A DNA stretch of 64,000 bases from Eledone cirrhosa. Its lineage: Eukaryota. The notes below the pieces were generated by a model. It saw only the letters and a list, made by a program, of their open reading frames with translations. It ran no database searches and was not told the DNA's origin. The stretch covers positions 7,626,001 through 7,690,000 of the forward strand of contig OZ024750.1 of the NCBI GenBank assembly GCA_964016885.1, read 5' to 3'. The position numbers and the translations under genes are program-made. Positions 63,126-64,000 of the stretch are shown here, in pieces (position 1 is the stretch's first letter; each line of letters starts with the position of its first letter).

Positions 63126-64000
63126 TGTGAATGTGAACGTGTGTATGTGAACTTGTGTAAGTGCAAGAACACCTGTAAATACAAATGCATGGTCACTTTA
63201 TATTAGATTGTGAACATCTATATGGTTCTCTAGTCTTTAACACACAAGTGTATAATAACATATTGCAAGGTCAACGTGATCTTTGAACACAACCTTTGCT
63301 GATTAACTAATTTATTCCTCAACCATTTATCTATCCATCCACCCATCCATCCATTTTTCTGTTCAACCTCACCTCCATTCACCCATCCGTAGGTACATAC
63401 ATGAGGGTGAATGAAATACAGTGTGAAAGATAGAATAAGTACTCTAGCATATTTAGCTGAATTGGTCAAATATTCAGTGTAGATACAACACATTATATTA
63501 AACAGATTGATCAACGCATATTTACGTATCGTTCGTCGGAATCCCATCGCCGTGATAAACCAACAACTAATTCATAAATGAATAACTATTTCGTTTACCC
63601 AATTATATTTTCTCAGTTGGTTTACATTAACCCAGCCATGGTTGTTTGTCGTTTCCTTTTCTACTAAACAATCAAACTTAGTTTGAGACGCATTCCAAGT
63701 AACTTTTAAAATATTTTATTTTGATCTTTTCAACGACATCTCTTTTAGATCATAACTCTGCCGTGAGACGTCTATGACATCAATATGAACGTAACTTTTA
63801 ATATGTTTTGATATTAACCCGTCTCTCTTAGCGCAAAACTCTCTATTGACAGCATAAATTACACTGGAGCAAAATTGCAGTATAAAAGTTTTGTTATCAT
63901 TTGATTTTGCTTTGTTTAAGAACCAAAAACCATTCAGAACATTTATCTTCATGGACGAAATTATGAATACTTTTCATGTACACTGGTGGTAGTGGTCACA

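Overview
AT-rich, microsatellite-laden eukaryotic genomic DNA. The tRNA-derived SINEs, (TA)n/(CA)n/(ATC)n tracts and gene structure look like a coleoid cephalopod (octopus-like); this assignment is an inference from repeat style. The main feature is invisible in the ORF track: a minus-strand gene that I reconstructed by hand as 22 GT-AG coding exons with consistent phases (37299->10588, 2778 nt, 925 aa plus stop). It encodes a secreted astacin-family (M12A) zinc metalloprotease: signal peptide, prodomain (EGDI), astacin domain (HELCHAIGFYHEHARRDR; Met-turn SVMQY), EGF, CUB and three MAM domains. The rest is intron or intergenic DNA containing two tRNA-derived SINE families (some with clear target-site duplications, TSDs), CR1- and RTE-clade LINE fragments, several MITEs, a Rep-less Helitron with a nearly intact PIF1 helicase, a small non-autonomous Helitron, a 37-bp minisatellite and several fold-back palindromes. 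The most notable observations are a type I hammerhead ribozyme in a Penelope-like inverted repeat beside a 222-bp palindrome, and inverted SINE pairs bracketing the in-frame-skippable catalytic exon of the protease. No CRISPR, rRNA or intact tRNA genes were found. All coordinates were counted manually and may be off by a few bases.
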